Shown piece after piece: positions 28,278-37,615 of a stretch of 64,000 bases of DNA (positions within the stretch are counted from its first letter, which is position 1; the number at the start of each line of letters is the position of its first letter). The notes below the pieces were generated by a model. That model saw nothing but the letters and a program-made list of their open reading frames with translations. It ran no database searches and was not told the origin of the DNA. A program made the translations under genes and the position numbers. The stretch covers positions 207,655-271,654 of the IMG/VR virus record IMGVR_UViG_3300036944_001324; one strand, 5' to 3'.

Positions 28278-28564
28278 AACAGGGGATTCCTCGTATGCGG
28301 TTAAAGGTTGGAACGCTTGAAGCAAATAGGTCGAACTATAGCAGTGCGTTCGCTGCAGCACATAAAACGCTTGGGCTGAACATTCTAGAGATGCAGGTGG
28401 TGATGTGAGTTCGGGAGAAGGTGTGTGGCGTCTATGACTGAAGTCATAAAATACAAGAACAAATGGAGTGCTTGGTCTAAAATTATATCTGGCTTCTAAT
28501 GGTTGTTATCATTGGAACTTTTATGAGATCAATCTTAACCAAACACTAATTAGAGGTTTTTCAA

Positions 28565-29155
28565 GTGAAACTCTTGTCCTACAAAGTCATTCGCCCTGGC
28601 TTTCAAGCGCTCGGAAGCATCAGCGTACGCATTCGTCTTCGCAGCCCATTGTCGCACACTGAAGTGATGTATGAGCCTGGTGATGGCGTGGACCATCTGA
28701 TGCCGGACGGTACCTGTGATCCTGATGAAAACGGTGCTTACTGGTGCGCGTCTTCGACGGCAGCTGAAAAGCTGCCTCACTATGACAATCTGAAGTTCAC
28801 CAATCGCCGCGCTGGTAAGTTCGGCGGTGTGCGCTTCAAGCGTATCGTTCCAAAGCCAGACCACTGGCTGATCCAAGACGTGTTGGGATTTGATCCTGTC
28901 AAATCCGCTCAATGGTTCTTCAACAACCTCGGCATGGCCTACGACTGGAAACACATTCTGTCGTTCATCGCTGTGGGTTGGAACTGGGTGTTCCGTCAAA
29001 GTCACGACAAGGTTACCTGTACAGAAGCGTGCGCTGCATCTTTCGGGTTTCCCGAGGCAGACAACTTCGATCCCAAGAATCTGCCGCCGGTTGTTGAGCG
29101 TGTCAATCGCTTGATGGCGGAGTTGTTCAACCAAATGAAAAAGTCTGGTGAGTAA
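28565..29155 (+). CDS. permuted papain-like (NlpC/P60, YiiX/YebB-type) amidase
   Basis: His block SHTEV precedes Cys block VTCTE; GMAYDW. Confidence 0.7.
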   Translation: MKLLSYKVIRPGFQALGSISVRIRLRSPLSHTEVMYEPGDGVDHLMPDGTCDPDENGAYWCASSTAAEKLPHYDNLKFTNRRAGKFGGVRFKRIVPKPDHWLIQDVLGFDPVKSAQWFFNNLGMAYDWKHILSFIAVGWNWVFRQSHDKVTCTEACAASFGFPEADNFDPKNLPPVVERVNRLMAELFNQMKKSGE

Positions 29156-29187
29156 GAACTGGACGTTCAATCTAAACGGAACAAGCA

Positions 29188-30048
29188 ATGTTCGATAATT
29201 TGATTTTTCGTTACGGCACTGTAACAGGTCCCGGTACGTCCACCAACAATGCGCTTGTACTGTGGGATGGGACCAGTGGAACGCTGATCAAAAACAGTAC
29301 CGTGACGGTCCCGACCAGTGGCTTTCTGGGTGACGTCGTTGGGCCGGCGAGTACTACCAACAACGCGGTGGCACTCTGGGACGGTACCAGCGGTAGGCTG
29401 TTGAAGAACGGGACGCTAACTCTTCCAACCAGCGCTATCGTCGGTATCAGCGACACACAAGCACTCACTAACAAAACGGTAAGAGTCGCCGACAATACTA
29501 GCGCATGGTCTGGTGCAGCTTTTCTAGAGGTAAAGTCAACACCAGCGACGGAAGCAGCAGGCGGCACCGGCGGGGCTTTCATGAGCTTTCACCGGTCAAG
29601 TGCTCATGCTGTTAACCTTGGTCTGGACGCTAACAACGTCTTTAAGATCTCCGGATGGTCACTTGGTAGTCTAGTCCCGTGGTCAGTTACGCACTCAGGT
29701 GTCATGCAAGTGTACCGGGCAGTTTATTTCGGTATGTATAATAGCGTGATTGCAAATACTGCTGCAACTACTGTTGACTTTTCACTGGGTCAAAAAGCTC
29801 ACTTGACTTTGCAAGCTAGTACCACTATATCGTGCACTTTCCCAGGCATAGGTAATTACCAGATCCTGATGATTCAAGACGGTACTGGAAACCGAACGAT
29901 AACATGGGGTGCCGGTCTCGCACCTTTGTACGTTGGTAGTGCCTCAGCACCGGCTATAAATCTAGCCGCAAACACTATTACGCTGGTGTCAATTTATTGG
30001 TCATCCGCTAATGCATTTATCGCTGTCAGCAAAGTGAATGCTGCGTAA
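29188..30048 (+). CDS. tail fibre protein
   Basis: two N-terminal repeats GPxSTNNAxxLWDGTSGxLxKN; AFMSFHR...NLGLD; IQDGTGNRTITW. Confidence 0.8.
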   Translation: MFDNLIFRYGTVTGPGTSTNNALVLWDGTSGTLIKNSTVTVPTSGFLGDVVGPASTTNNAVALWDGTSGRLLKNGTLTLPTSAIVGISDTQALTNKTVRVADNTSAWSGAAFLEVKSTPATEAAGGTGGAFMSFHRSSAHAVNLGLDANNVFKISGWSLGSLVPWSVTHSGVMQVYRAVYFGMYNSVIANTAATTVDFSLGQKAHLTLQASTTISCTFPGIGNYQILMIQDGTGNRTITWGAGLAPLYVGSASAPAINLAANTITLVSIYWSSANAFIAVSKVNAA

Positions 30049-30539
30049 TGGCTTCCGCAACTCTTACCTTAACAGTTAGTTCTTCCACTGGTTGGGTCAA
30101 TCCCACCAATGCGTTTGTATCTAACAACGCTTACGCCTCGTACAGCAGCGTTACTACATCAGGTACTAATTTTTATTTTCGGTTCACCACGAACGCCGCT
30201 ACTCTTTTACCGGCGAATGCAGTTATAACTGGTGTTCGGATGGATGTCGAGTACAGGACAAATAACGCGACGCCTCAACCTCGTTTCTGTGCAGGTCCCG
30301 GTGATTTTGGCGGTACTGCAAACCCAGTCGTGGTGACAACCACCGATGTTGTGTATGTTTTTGGCGGACCAGGTAATACTCTTGGTGCTGTAACGCGTGA
30401 CGACGTCTCCACCGCTAGTATTCAATTCGGAAACAACGCTGCGGGCACCTCTGTTCACTACATCGACAACGTTGTCATGTACGTGGACTGGGAACTACCT
30501 AAAGCCGGCAACACTCTTTTTCATGGAGAGAACTTTTGA
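30048..30539 (+). CDS. Ser/Thr-rich fibre-associated beta protein
   Basis: TAATG coupling; beta-sandwich-like composition. Confidence 0.65.
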   Translation: MASATLTLTVSSSTGWVNPTNAFVSNNAYASYSSVTTSGTNFYFRFTTNAATLLPANAVITGVRMDVEYRTNNATPQPRFCAGPGDFGGTANPVVVTTTDVVYVFGGPGNTLGAVTRDDVSTASIQFGNNAAGTSVHYIDNVVMYVDWELPKAGNTLFHGENF

Positions 30540-31069
30540 TGTTCTACGAACCATCCTCTAAAAAGACCTATGCAAGTATCCAGGACTTCAAACTGGAATA
30601 CAGGAACACTTCGTTCGGTGAACTCGACACAGAAGAAGAACGCAATGTCTTCGGTCTGTTCACCCTTCACGACGTTCGCCCGACTTACGACAGCAAGCTT
30701 CAAGTCATTGAAGAAGGCGGTATTGTTAACCGGTCGGGTCTGTGGTATAAAAACTACACGGTTAAAGACAAGCAGCTCAGTCACGAAGATCGAGCTCGTA
30801 TTTTCAACCAGCGTTTTAATGGCGCGTTGATTGCTTTGTTCGATGAAACTGCAAATGAGCGTGACTACGACACACATACGACCTGTTTGATGCGAGCCGG
30901 TTATCCCAACCCGTGGCAAAAGGAAGCTCAAGCCTTCGGTACATGGATGGACGGCTGTAACGAAGCTGCGTACAAGATCATGAATCAGATCACTGTTGGT
31001 GAAAAGGCAATCCCCAAGGATGTCAAAGAACTGATCAGTAGTTTTCCCAAGATGGTCTGGCCTGACTAA
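30536..31069 (+). CDS. putative tail fibre assembly chaperone
   Basis: ANERDYD...EAQAFGTWMDGC...ELISSFPKMVWP pattern; position after fibre genes. Confidence 0.65.
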   Translation: MMFYEPSSKKTYASIQDFKLEYRNTSFGELDTEEERNVFGLFTLHDVRPTYDSKLQVIEEGGIVNRSGLWYKNYTVKDKQLSHEDRARIFNQRFNGALIALFDETANERDYDTHTTCLMRAGYPNPWQKEAQAFGTWMDGCNEAAYKIMNQITVGEKAIPKDVKELISSFPKMVWPD

Positions 31070-31078
31070 GACAGCACT

Positions 31079-32026
31079 GTGTTCATTCTCAGTGGAAGGC
31101 AACGCATCTTTGTCTCGATAGCGGCTTATCGAGATAGTGAAGCGCCTGCCACGGTACGTGATTTACTGGAGAAGGCCGACAGACCTCATCTGGTCAAGAT
31201 CGGCATTCTCAATCAGATTTGTCCCAAAGAAGACATCCGCTGCAAAGTAGGTGGCTGGACAAATGTTCAAGAGCGTATCGTTGACTACACGGAGTCCAAA
31301 GGAGCGTGCTGGGCACGCTCCTACATATGGACGAATCTCCTTGAAGACGAAGACTTCGTTCTTCAGATAGACAGCCATAGTCGCTTTGACCATGGCTGGG
31401 ACACAACGCTGCTTAAAACTTTCGAGAAGCTTCAAGACGCTTCAGCGGTACTTACCCATTACCCGATGCGGTACGACCCCTTGACGAACGTTAAGAGCGC
31501 TCAGATGTACACTCGCTTTGACATCCAGAGTTTCAACCAATACGGGTTCCCTGTTATTAGCTCGGCGGCGTTGGCACTGAAAGACGCACCGGTAACACCT
31601 GCTAAAACAGCTTTCATAGCTGGTGGTTGTTTGTTCACACGGGCAAGAACCATCAAGAACGTTCCGTACGATCCCCATCTATACTTCCAAGGTGAGGAGA
31701 TCAACTACGCAATCCGGTTGTGGACACATGGTCACAACCTGTACTTGCCTAACAAGCCCTTCATGTACCATGACTACGGTAATGGTCGTGCAAGGCGTAT
31801 GCATTGGCAGGATGTACAGCGATGGAAGCAGATGAACGATCTGTCCATCATGCGAAACAAGCATGTTCTTGATCTTGGTATTGCTACTGACCCAGCTTCG
31901 TTGATTGATATCGACAAGTACAGTCTTGGTAAACACCGCACCCTGTCAGATTGGGAGCGATTCTCTGGCGTCTATTTGAGAGCCCAGACCTTGACTGAAA
32001 AAGCCAAGACTGGTTCATTCCAGTGA
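31079..32026 (+). CDS. GlcNAc-transferase-like glycosyltransferase (PF11397 / GT60-like)
   Basis: IFVSIAAYRD, GACWARS, LQIDSHSRF (DSH metal motif), FIAGG, FQGEEINYAIRLWTHG. Confidence 0.85.
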   Translation: MFILSGRQRIFVSIAAYRDSEAPATVRDLLEKADRPHLVKIGILNQICPKEDIRCKVGGWTNVQERIVDYTESKGACWARSYIWTNLLEDEDFVLQIDSHSRFDHGWDTTLLKTFEKLQDASAVLTHYPMRYDPLTNVKSAQMYTRFDIQSFNQYGFPVISSAALALKDAPVTPAKTAFIAGGCLFTRARTIKNVPYDPHLYFQGEEINYAIRLWTHGHNLYLPNKPFMYHDYGNGRARRMHWQDVQRWKQMNDLSIMRNKHVLDLGIATDPASLIDIDKYSLGKHRTLSDWERFSGVYLRAQTLTEKAKTGSFQ

Positions 32027-32057
32027 TTTTCAGCAATACATTATCTATAGGACGAAA

Positions 32058-32099
32058 GCATAAGAAGCCCAGGCTTTGCGGCCTGGGCTCTATGCCGTC
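32058..32099 (+). terminator. hairpin terminator, CATA...TATG class
   Basis: GCATAAGA AGCCCAGGC...GCCTGGGCT CTATGCCG. Confidence 0.8.
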
Positions 32100-32126
32100 T
32101 TGTCAATCAAAGCGAAAGAAAGTAAC

Positions 32127-32654
32127 ATGAAAGATAAATTTCAACCCCTGTCAACTGCCGGATATTTGCTAGCAGTTGTTGTTCATAACTGGCACATTCT
32201 CTTCGGGAAAATGCAGCTGATGTTTTATAAGCTCTTCGACCAAATGGAGTGCTTTTGGTACGTTCGGGTTCGGCGGTTTGGTAGTAAGAGTGATTACCAT
32301 CTCGGCAAGATGGCTTCCAACATAAAGAACGACCCTCAGGCAAGTAAAGAGCTTCAGCGTCAGTCTATGATCTTCTCGTTGGTCTCGTTGCTTTACGCAC
32401 ATCCTCACGACATTCACAAAGTAATGCGGGTTTTCTATCCACTGATGTACATGCGTTTTGCATGGCGGAAATGGTTCTTCCAACGAATGGAGATCGTGTT
32501 TGCTGTTGAAGATGAGAAAGATTTGTTGCGGGCTGGTGATCTTTTGGGATTTGGCTTCCGTGCCAAAATCCAAAGCCGTTATGGTCTTGACATCCTCAAC
32601 GAATACGAATCCAAAGGAAACCTTCATGAACTTCTCAGTCAAAAAACTCAATGA
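32127..32654 (+). CDS. hypothetical protein
   Basis: ATG 32127 after terminator. Confidence 0.6.
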   Translation: MKDKFQPLSTAGYLLAVVVHNWHILFGKMQLMFYKLFDQMECFWYVRVRRFGSKSDYHLGKMASNIKNDPQASKELQRQSMIFSLVSLLYAHPHDIHKVMRVFYPLMYMRFAWRKWFFQRMEIVFAVEDEKDLLRAGDLLGFGFRAKIQSRYGLDILNEYESKGNLHELLSQKTQ

Positions 32655-33066
32655 TGCCTCCGTTCTCGTTCTGATGGAGTGCGACACTCCACACTTCAAA
32701 GGACTGATGCTCTATCCGTTGCCGTTCCTCGGTGAGAACGATGATGATGACGTCTGTAAGTTGGTAGCTGAACATCCAACTAAAAAAGTAGATGATTCAC
32801 ATAAAGGCGATCTCGACTATCACGTTATATTTAACCTGACGCCGTATAGCGAGTCTGTTGCTCAACTGTTTATGGTGTTTGGTATTCGAACATCTACTGG
32901 ATTGCTGGCCTTGGCCTGCAATAGCAACGTTCACGATTACATCGTTCAAAACGCCGGTATTGCAGATTACAAAGTCCTGCCAGCTACTGACCAAATTCAC
33001 GGTATATTCGATACCATCGATCCGCTGAAGATCGCCAAGTTCGCGTCGATAATCCGAACAGTCTGA
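32626..33066 (+). CDS. hypothetical protein
   Basis: AAAGGA RBS. Confidence 0.65.
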   Translation: MNFSVKKLNDASVLVLMECDTPHFKGLMLYPLPFLGENDDDDVCKLVAEHPTKKVDDSHKGDLDYHVIFNLTPYSESVAQLFMVFGIRTSTGLLALACNSNVHDYIVQNAGIADYKVLPATDQIHGIFDTIDPLKIAKFASIIRTV

Positions 33067-33100
33067 TCATCCGCATAACCAATGAAAAAGAGAGATTAAC

Positions 33101-33757
33101 ATGCCCTTCGAATTGACTTTCGTGTTGCCAAAGATCGCTTTGTTTTACAGTGGGGTCACGGTGTATCATACCTACATTGGGAACATGTTGCGAGGTGGGG
33201 AATCTTCCCGGATGTTCACTCTGCACCCCAAAAACCATAAGCACAAGTTCTCTGCCGTGGTGAATTCCAGCCAGATAGGTAAAGACCCCATCACTTGCAT
33301 CAAGGAGATGATCGATTACGGTATCGAGACCTATACCACATTCGATACCGAAAGCGGTGAGTACCTCATCTATCGCACTTACGAAGTGCTGGTGGCTAAC
33401 GATCAGTTGCTCGGCAAATTCTTCTCGAGTATGCATCGCAATTTCTACCATCGAAAAGACTCCAACATCTCTAACATGGCTCAGGAAATCATGGATGACA
33501 ATGAAATGTCGGACATGCTGCGCCAGCTCGGCGGCTTGTACGGCCTGAAGGACAAAAGCATCGAGGAGATCCTGCAGTTCCTCGCAAGGAACCGAATTGT
33601 GCATTTGCTGTTGCTGATGTATTACGACAGCGGAGCCAGCGTTGTCGACATTTGCGCTAAGTTCGACTTGGAGCATTACGACAAAGCGCAAACCGTTATC
33701 GACGCATGGCGAGTTCTTATGCAGGTTCTCGAAAAGCTTGCTGGGAGTACCGAATGA
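33101..33757 (+). CDS. hypothetical protein
   Basis: 218-aa ORF. Confidence 0.7.
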   Translation: MPFELTFVLPKIALFYSGVTVYHTYIGNMLRGGESSRMFTLHPKNHKHKFSAVVNSSQIGKDPITCIKEMIDYGIETYTTFDTESGEYLIYRTYEVLVANDQLLGKFFSSMHRNFYHRKDSNISNMAQEIMDDNEMSDMLRQLGGLYGLKDKSIEEILQFLARNRIVHLLLLMYYDSGASVVDICAKFDLEHYDKAQTVIDAWRVLMQVLEKLAGSTE

Positions 33758-34329
33758 CCACACAGTCGAAGATGCTGCAAGCCGGCAAGAACATGGCTTT
33801 CCTGTGTAAGAAAGACCTTGTACGCATCTACTTGCCGTTGATGGTTAACATCCATTCCTGGAAAGTAGGTGAGTCTTGGAAAAGGACCGCCCTTACCACA
33901 TGCACGAGCCAACTCATTGATGAGTTTGGAATGGAGTTGATGATGATTGCTGAGCAGTGTGGATGGAAGAATTGGCATCAAGCCGATTTTGTCCATTATC
34001 TGACAAGTGGTGATCTCGGTTGGTACATCGCTAGTTGGATACTGGAAACCTCTCCAGCGGTCAGTCGTTTTGATTACGAAGATAACCAGCTCGTATGCTA
34101 CAGCAAACATTATCAGATAGATACACGGTCTGAGGAGTATGGTCTTGGATCATTTCAGTTTGCCTGTGCCGTCTACGCAGGCATGTTTGCTGACAACCTC
34201 AAAAACAAGGAGGCTCAAAAAGCCAAGTTGTTCGGCGGTGGTCACACACACTACATGAAGCTTTGGCCGGGTATGTCACAGCGCAACATTTTGGAAGAAA
34301 TGACTAACGCTACTCCAACGCTGATTTGA
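33754..34329 (+). CDS. hypothetical protein
   Basis: ATGA coupling, GGAG RBS. Confidence 0.7.
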   Translation: MTTQSKMLQAGKNMAFLCKKDLVRIYLPLMVNIHSWKVGESWKRTALTTCTSQLIDEFGMELMMIAEQCGWKNWHQADFVHYLTSGDLGWYIASWILETSPAVSRFDYEDNQLVCYSKHYQIDTRSEEYGLGSFQFACAVYAGMFADNLKNKEAQKAKLFGGGHTHYMKLWPGMSQRNILEEMTNATPTLI

Positions 34330-34340
34330 CATTCATTCAT

Positions 34341-34378
34341 CATAAAAGGCAAGGGTTCATTCCCTTGCCTTATGTCGT
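34341..34378 (+). terminator. hairpin terminator, CATA...TATG class
   Basis: CATAAA AGGCAAGGG...CCCTTGCCT TATGTCG. Confidence 0.8.
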
Positions 34379-34403
34379 TTAATCTACCATCGAAAGAATT
34401 ACC

Positions 34404-35267
34404 ATGTCCACGTTACACGCCGAAATGAGTTACGCACTCACAACAGCTTCAGTAGCTCTTGATGATTTTACCGGTGCCGGAGGTAATTATCAAAACTACA
34501 TATCGGCTCTTAAAGAAGTAGAGCGTCTGATTCGGCTTGAGATGCAAACATCAAGGTTTATTTCAGAAAACGCTACTCTGAAAAATACAGAATCTCTTTG
34601 TAGTGAGTTGGAACTCACTACAGAACAAAAGGGGATTTTGTGGACAGCCATGAAATCCAATTACGTTCAATTGGAAAAGGATGGTGTCTTTTGGAACATC
34701 GACGGTGTTGATGTTGTTATGGGAACGTTGACGCTGACACCTTTGTACGGCGTCGGTGGCGATGTGGTGAAACCATTCACGTTCAGTGTTGCGAGCATGA
34801 GCGTTCCAAACATGACTTTCTGCGCCATTGTTAAGTTTGAAGTGGGTGGAACTCCCAACGGACTGATACACCTGGTAGATCGGCTCGAGATGCTTGATAA
34901 CAATCTGAAGAAGATCTACGAGCACGCGCGCGTTGTGCAAAACGACCCCGTCAATACGGAAGTCTGTGAACTTTTCAAAGAAACTCTTGCGGCTATTCCT
35001 CGTGTGTTGACCGGGCCGACTGACGGTACCAACCACGCCATTCGTATCTGGTACAACGAGCAAGGTTGGAACGATAATTTCGTCATGCAACTTTTTAACT
35101 ATTGCGGGAAATGCAGTGGCTGGAGCAGCATGATTGAAGATCACATGCGGGGAGGGCGTGTTTACAACATGGCAGAATTGTGTCGTCAAGAGCTCCGGCA
35201 AATCCTGAGCATGATGAAAGAACGAGTTGAACAACTGGCAAAGGAACACAACCATGACCACCTCTGA
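34404..35267 (+). CDS. hypothetical protein
   Basis: 287-aa ORF; partial similarity to next gene (KDGxxW.ID.VD). Confidence 0.7.
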   Translation: MSTLHAEMSYALTTASVALDDFTGAGGNYQNYISALKEVERLIRLEMQTSRFISENATLKNTESLCSELELTTEQKGILWTAMKSNYVQLEKDGVFWNIDGVDVVMGTLTLTPLYGVGGDVVKPFTFSVASMSVPNMTFCAIVKFEVGGTPNGLIHLVDRLEMLDNNLKKIYEHARVVQNDPVNTEVCELFKETLAAIPRVLTGPTDGTNHAIRIWYNEQGWNDNFVMQLFNYCGKCSGWSSMIEDHMRGGRVYNMAELCRQELRQILSMMKERVEQLAKEHNHDHL

Positions 35268-35697
35268 AACCAAACAAAACCCGATCACCACTCTGGCCGC
35301 AGCCTGCACTGCATTCAAAAATGCAGTTCTTACATATGACCTCTCTATGGTAGACGGCGGTAACGTCCAAGGTGCCATCAGTGGCGTTATTGGACATGCT
35401 GAGAATGTTCGTCATGCTGCTGATACTCTTTGCGCTGAATTCGAGCGTAATGACAATCCGACGACAGATGACGTCTTTCAGGCAGCCAACAATGCTGCGT
35501 TCATTCGTACCAAAGACGGTGAACCTTGGTTGCGCATTGACGCCGTTGACGGTGGTGTGGATGGTGATGTGGTGTATCCACTCACCATCTTGGCCCACGA
35601 TGAGAACACCGAAGCAGGAGGTGCGCAGCGCTTGTTGATCGACGAGATCGATCCCAAGGCGGTGAGCTTCCAGCGCCTCGTGGAATTCAAACTCTAA
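35254..35697 (+). CDS. hypothetical protein
   Basis: AAGGA RBS. Confidence 0.7.
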   Translation: MTTSETKQNPITTLAAACTAFKNAVLTYDLSMVDGGNVQGAISGVIGHAENVRHAADTLCAEFERNDNPTTDDVFQAANNAAFIRTKDGEPWLRIDAVDGGVDGDVVYPLTILAHDENTEAGGAQRLLIDEIDPKAVSFQRLVEFKL

Positions 35698-35712
35698 CAA
35701 CTGGGTAAAACA

Positions 35713-36114
35713 ATGAGTGAACAAACAGCGCAAATGAGAGCTTTTAGTGAGCTTCTGCCGGTTGTGAATGAAACGATAGAACAGTTTCGCTACCGCGGTG
35801 TGATTGCACCCAAATACAAGGTTGTTATTAACGACCTTATTGTCTTCATGGAAGCAGCAGTTGTCCTGGATGAAACTGGGCTCGGGCTGAACACCCATGC
35901 AAGCTCTAAACGTTTCACAGAACTGGGACTGAAAGAGTCATTCTTGCGGTTCTACTGGGAGGCATTGCAGTTCTTCACCAACTGGAAGTACTCTCGCGAG
36001 CGCGGTGTGTTGGTGACTGAAGAAGAAACTGAATCGCAAATGCGACTGGCTTTCGTCTACCTGAACCACATCGTCAGTGTGTTGGGTGAAATCCCATCTA
36101 TCCGTCCTGCTTAA
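35713..36114 (+). CDS. hypothetical protein
   Basis: 133-aa ORF. Confidence 0.65.
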   Translation: MSEQTAQMRAFSELLPVVNETIEQFRYRGVIAPKYKVVINDLIVFMEAAVVLDETGLGLNTHASSKRFTELGLKESFLRFYWEALQFFTNWKYSRERGVLVTEEETESQMRLAFVYLNHIVSVLGEIPSIRPA

Positions 36115-36192
36115 AAGCAGAAAATCATTCATCATTACTTACGCATGCAATTGTTTCAATTGCATGCGTTTATAATCAACGTAAAGAAAATC

Positions 36193-36846
36193 ATGGCACA
36201 AATTCGCATGTCTCCTGAAAATGTTAAACGTGTTCTAGCTACGGCCAAACTCGCCACGCATTGCCGATTGAGTAATGACCCGATGTGGTACAAAATCGTT
36301 TCTGTGGATGACAAAGTTCACGGTGACATCCATCTGGCTCATCCTCTTGATCCCTCCAACCAAGCCACAAACATAATTTACGTGAAGATGAACACAGACC
36401 CGTCTCAGATCCTCTTTTGCAACATTGCAGAAGTTCCTCTGGTTGGTCCAGCACTTACACCAGCGCAAGAGCTTTTCCAAAAGCTCTTCGATCTCAAACA
36501 AGAGATGTTGGGAATTACCAAAAGCATTTCATCCATTAAACACCTCGACAAAGAGTCTTACAAAGAGTGCCTTTTTGGGATGTACCAGGCGTTGGCTGTG
36601 CCAACTAAGCGGATTGGTGTTACCGATAACAAGGCAGCCTACGACTGGTTTGTTTCTCAGGGTTGTTCTCTAACCACCACCGCTGTGGCCATTGCTTTGT
36701 GTGATGAAATCTATTCACACTGGCGAGCCATGGTTACAAAGACAATGCTATTCCAAGTAAAACAATCTGGTTACGACGATTGGGAACGTCGATTCAAGCT
36801 GATAGACCTCATTATGGAAGATCTGAATAAGCCTCACACAGCATAA
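36193..36846 (+). CDS. hypothetical protein, tandem paralog A
   Basis: VKRVLATAKLATHC...FKLIDLIMEDL. Confidence 0.75.
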   Translation: MAQIRMSPENVKRVLATAKLATHCRLSNDPMWYKIVSVDDKVHGDIHLAHPLDPSNQATNIIYVKMNTDPSQILFCNIAEVPLVGPALTPAQELFQKLFDLKQEMLGITKSISSIKHLDKESYKECLFGMYQALAVPTKRIGVTDNKAAYDWFVSQGCSLTTTAVAIALCDEIYSHWRAMVTKTMLFQVKQSGYDDWERRFKLIDLIMEDLNKPHTA

Positions 36847-36875
36847 GAGCAGAGGGCGCAACGCCCTCTGCTTTA
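36841..36875 (+). terminator. hairpin terminator
   Basis: GCATAAG AGCAGAGGGC gcaac GCCCTCTGCT TT. Confidence 0.75.
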
Positions 36876-36900
36876 CTGCGCAACTTATCCAAATAAAGTC

Positions 36901-37554
36901 ATGAATCAAACTGCCATCTCCCCCAAAGACGTAAAGCGTGTGCTGGCTACTGCTAAAGTAGCGACCCATTGCAAACCGGCCAACACTACTGTCTGGAACA
37001 AGATCGTTAGTGTTGATGAAGAGGACTACTTCATCTACCTTGCTGACCCACTCGATCGGTCGAATCAAATCACTTCGTCTATTGAAGTGCGTTTGTTGTA
37101 TGGTCCAGACCAGTTGGTGTTTGCAAACATTCAAGAAGTTGAATTAGTGACCCCGGACACCAAGCCCGGCGAAGTGTTGCTTTTTCAATTGCATGAAATC
37201 AAACGTGATATGAGCGCCATCATTACCAACGTGACTCGTTTCGATAAAGTGAAGCGCAAAGATTACCACGAATGTATTGATCGCTTGTACTACGCGTTGA
37301 TGTCGACGGTAAAGGTCGGTGTTTTTGAGAAAGAGACTTACAGCTGGTTTCGAAGTCAGCGTTGCTCTTTCACGACTGCAAGTCTGGCTGTCTTGCTTTA
37401 TAAAGAGACGAACACTCACCGAAATACGCTCTATAACAAGAACGTGAGCAATTACTCACTGCAGGAAGGGTTCAGCAACTGGGGCCGCTGGTTCAAGTTG
37501 ATCGACCTAATCATGGAAGACTTGAAAAAGGCTTTCCCACTCACACAACTGTAA
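36901..37554 (+). CDS. hypothetical protein, tandem paralog B
   Basis: VKRVLATAKVATHC...FKLIDLIMEDL. Confidence 0.75.
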   Translation: MNQTAISPKDVKRVLATAKVATHCKPANTTVWNKIVSVDEEDYFIYLADPLDRSNQITSSIEVRLLYGPDQLVFANIQEVELVTPDTKPGEVLLFQLHEIKRDMSAIITNVTRFDKVKRKDYHECIDRLYYALMSTVKVGVFEKETYSWFRSQRCSFTTASLAVLLYKETNTHRNTLYNKNVSNYSLQEGFSNWGRWFKLIDLIMEDLKKAFPLTQL

Positions 37555-37592
37555 GCATAAAAGCAAGGGGCGTAAAGCTCCTTGCTATGCCG
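37555..37592 (+). terminator. hairpin terminator, CATA...TATG class
   Basis: GCATAAA AGCAAGGGGC...GCTCCTTGCT ATGCCG. Confidence 0.75.
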
Positions 37593-37615
37593 TTAATCCA
37601 TCGAAAGACTGTCAA

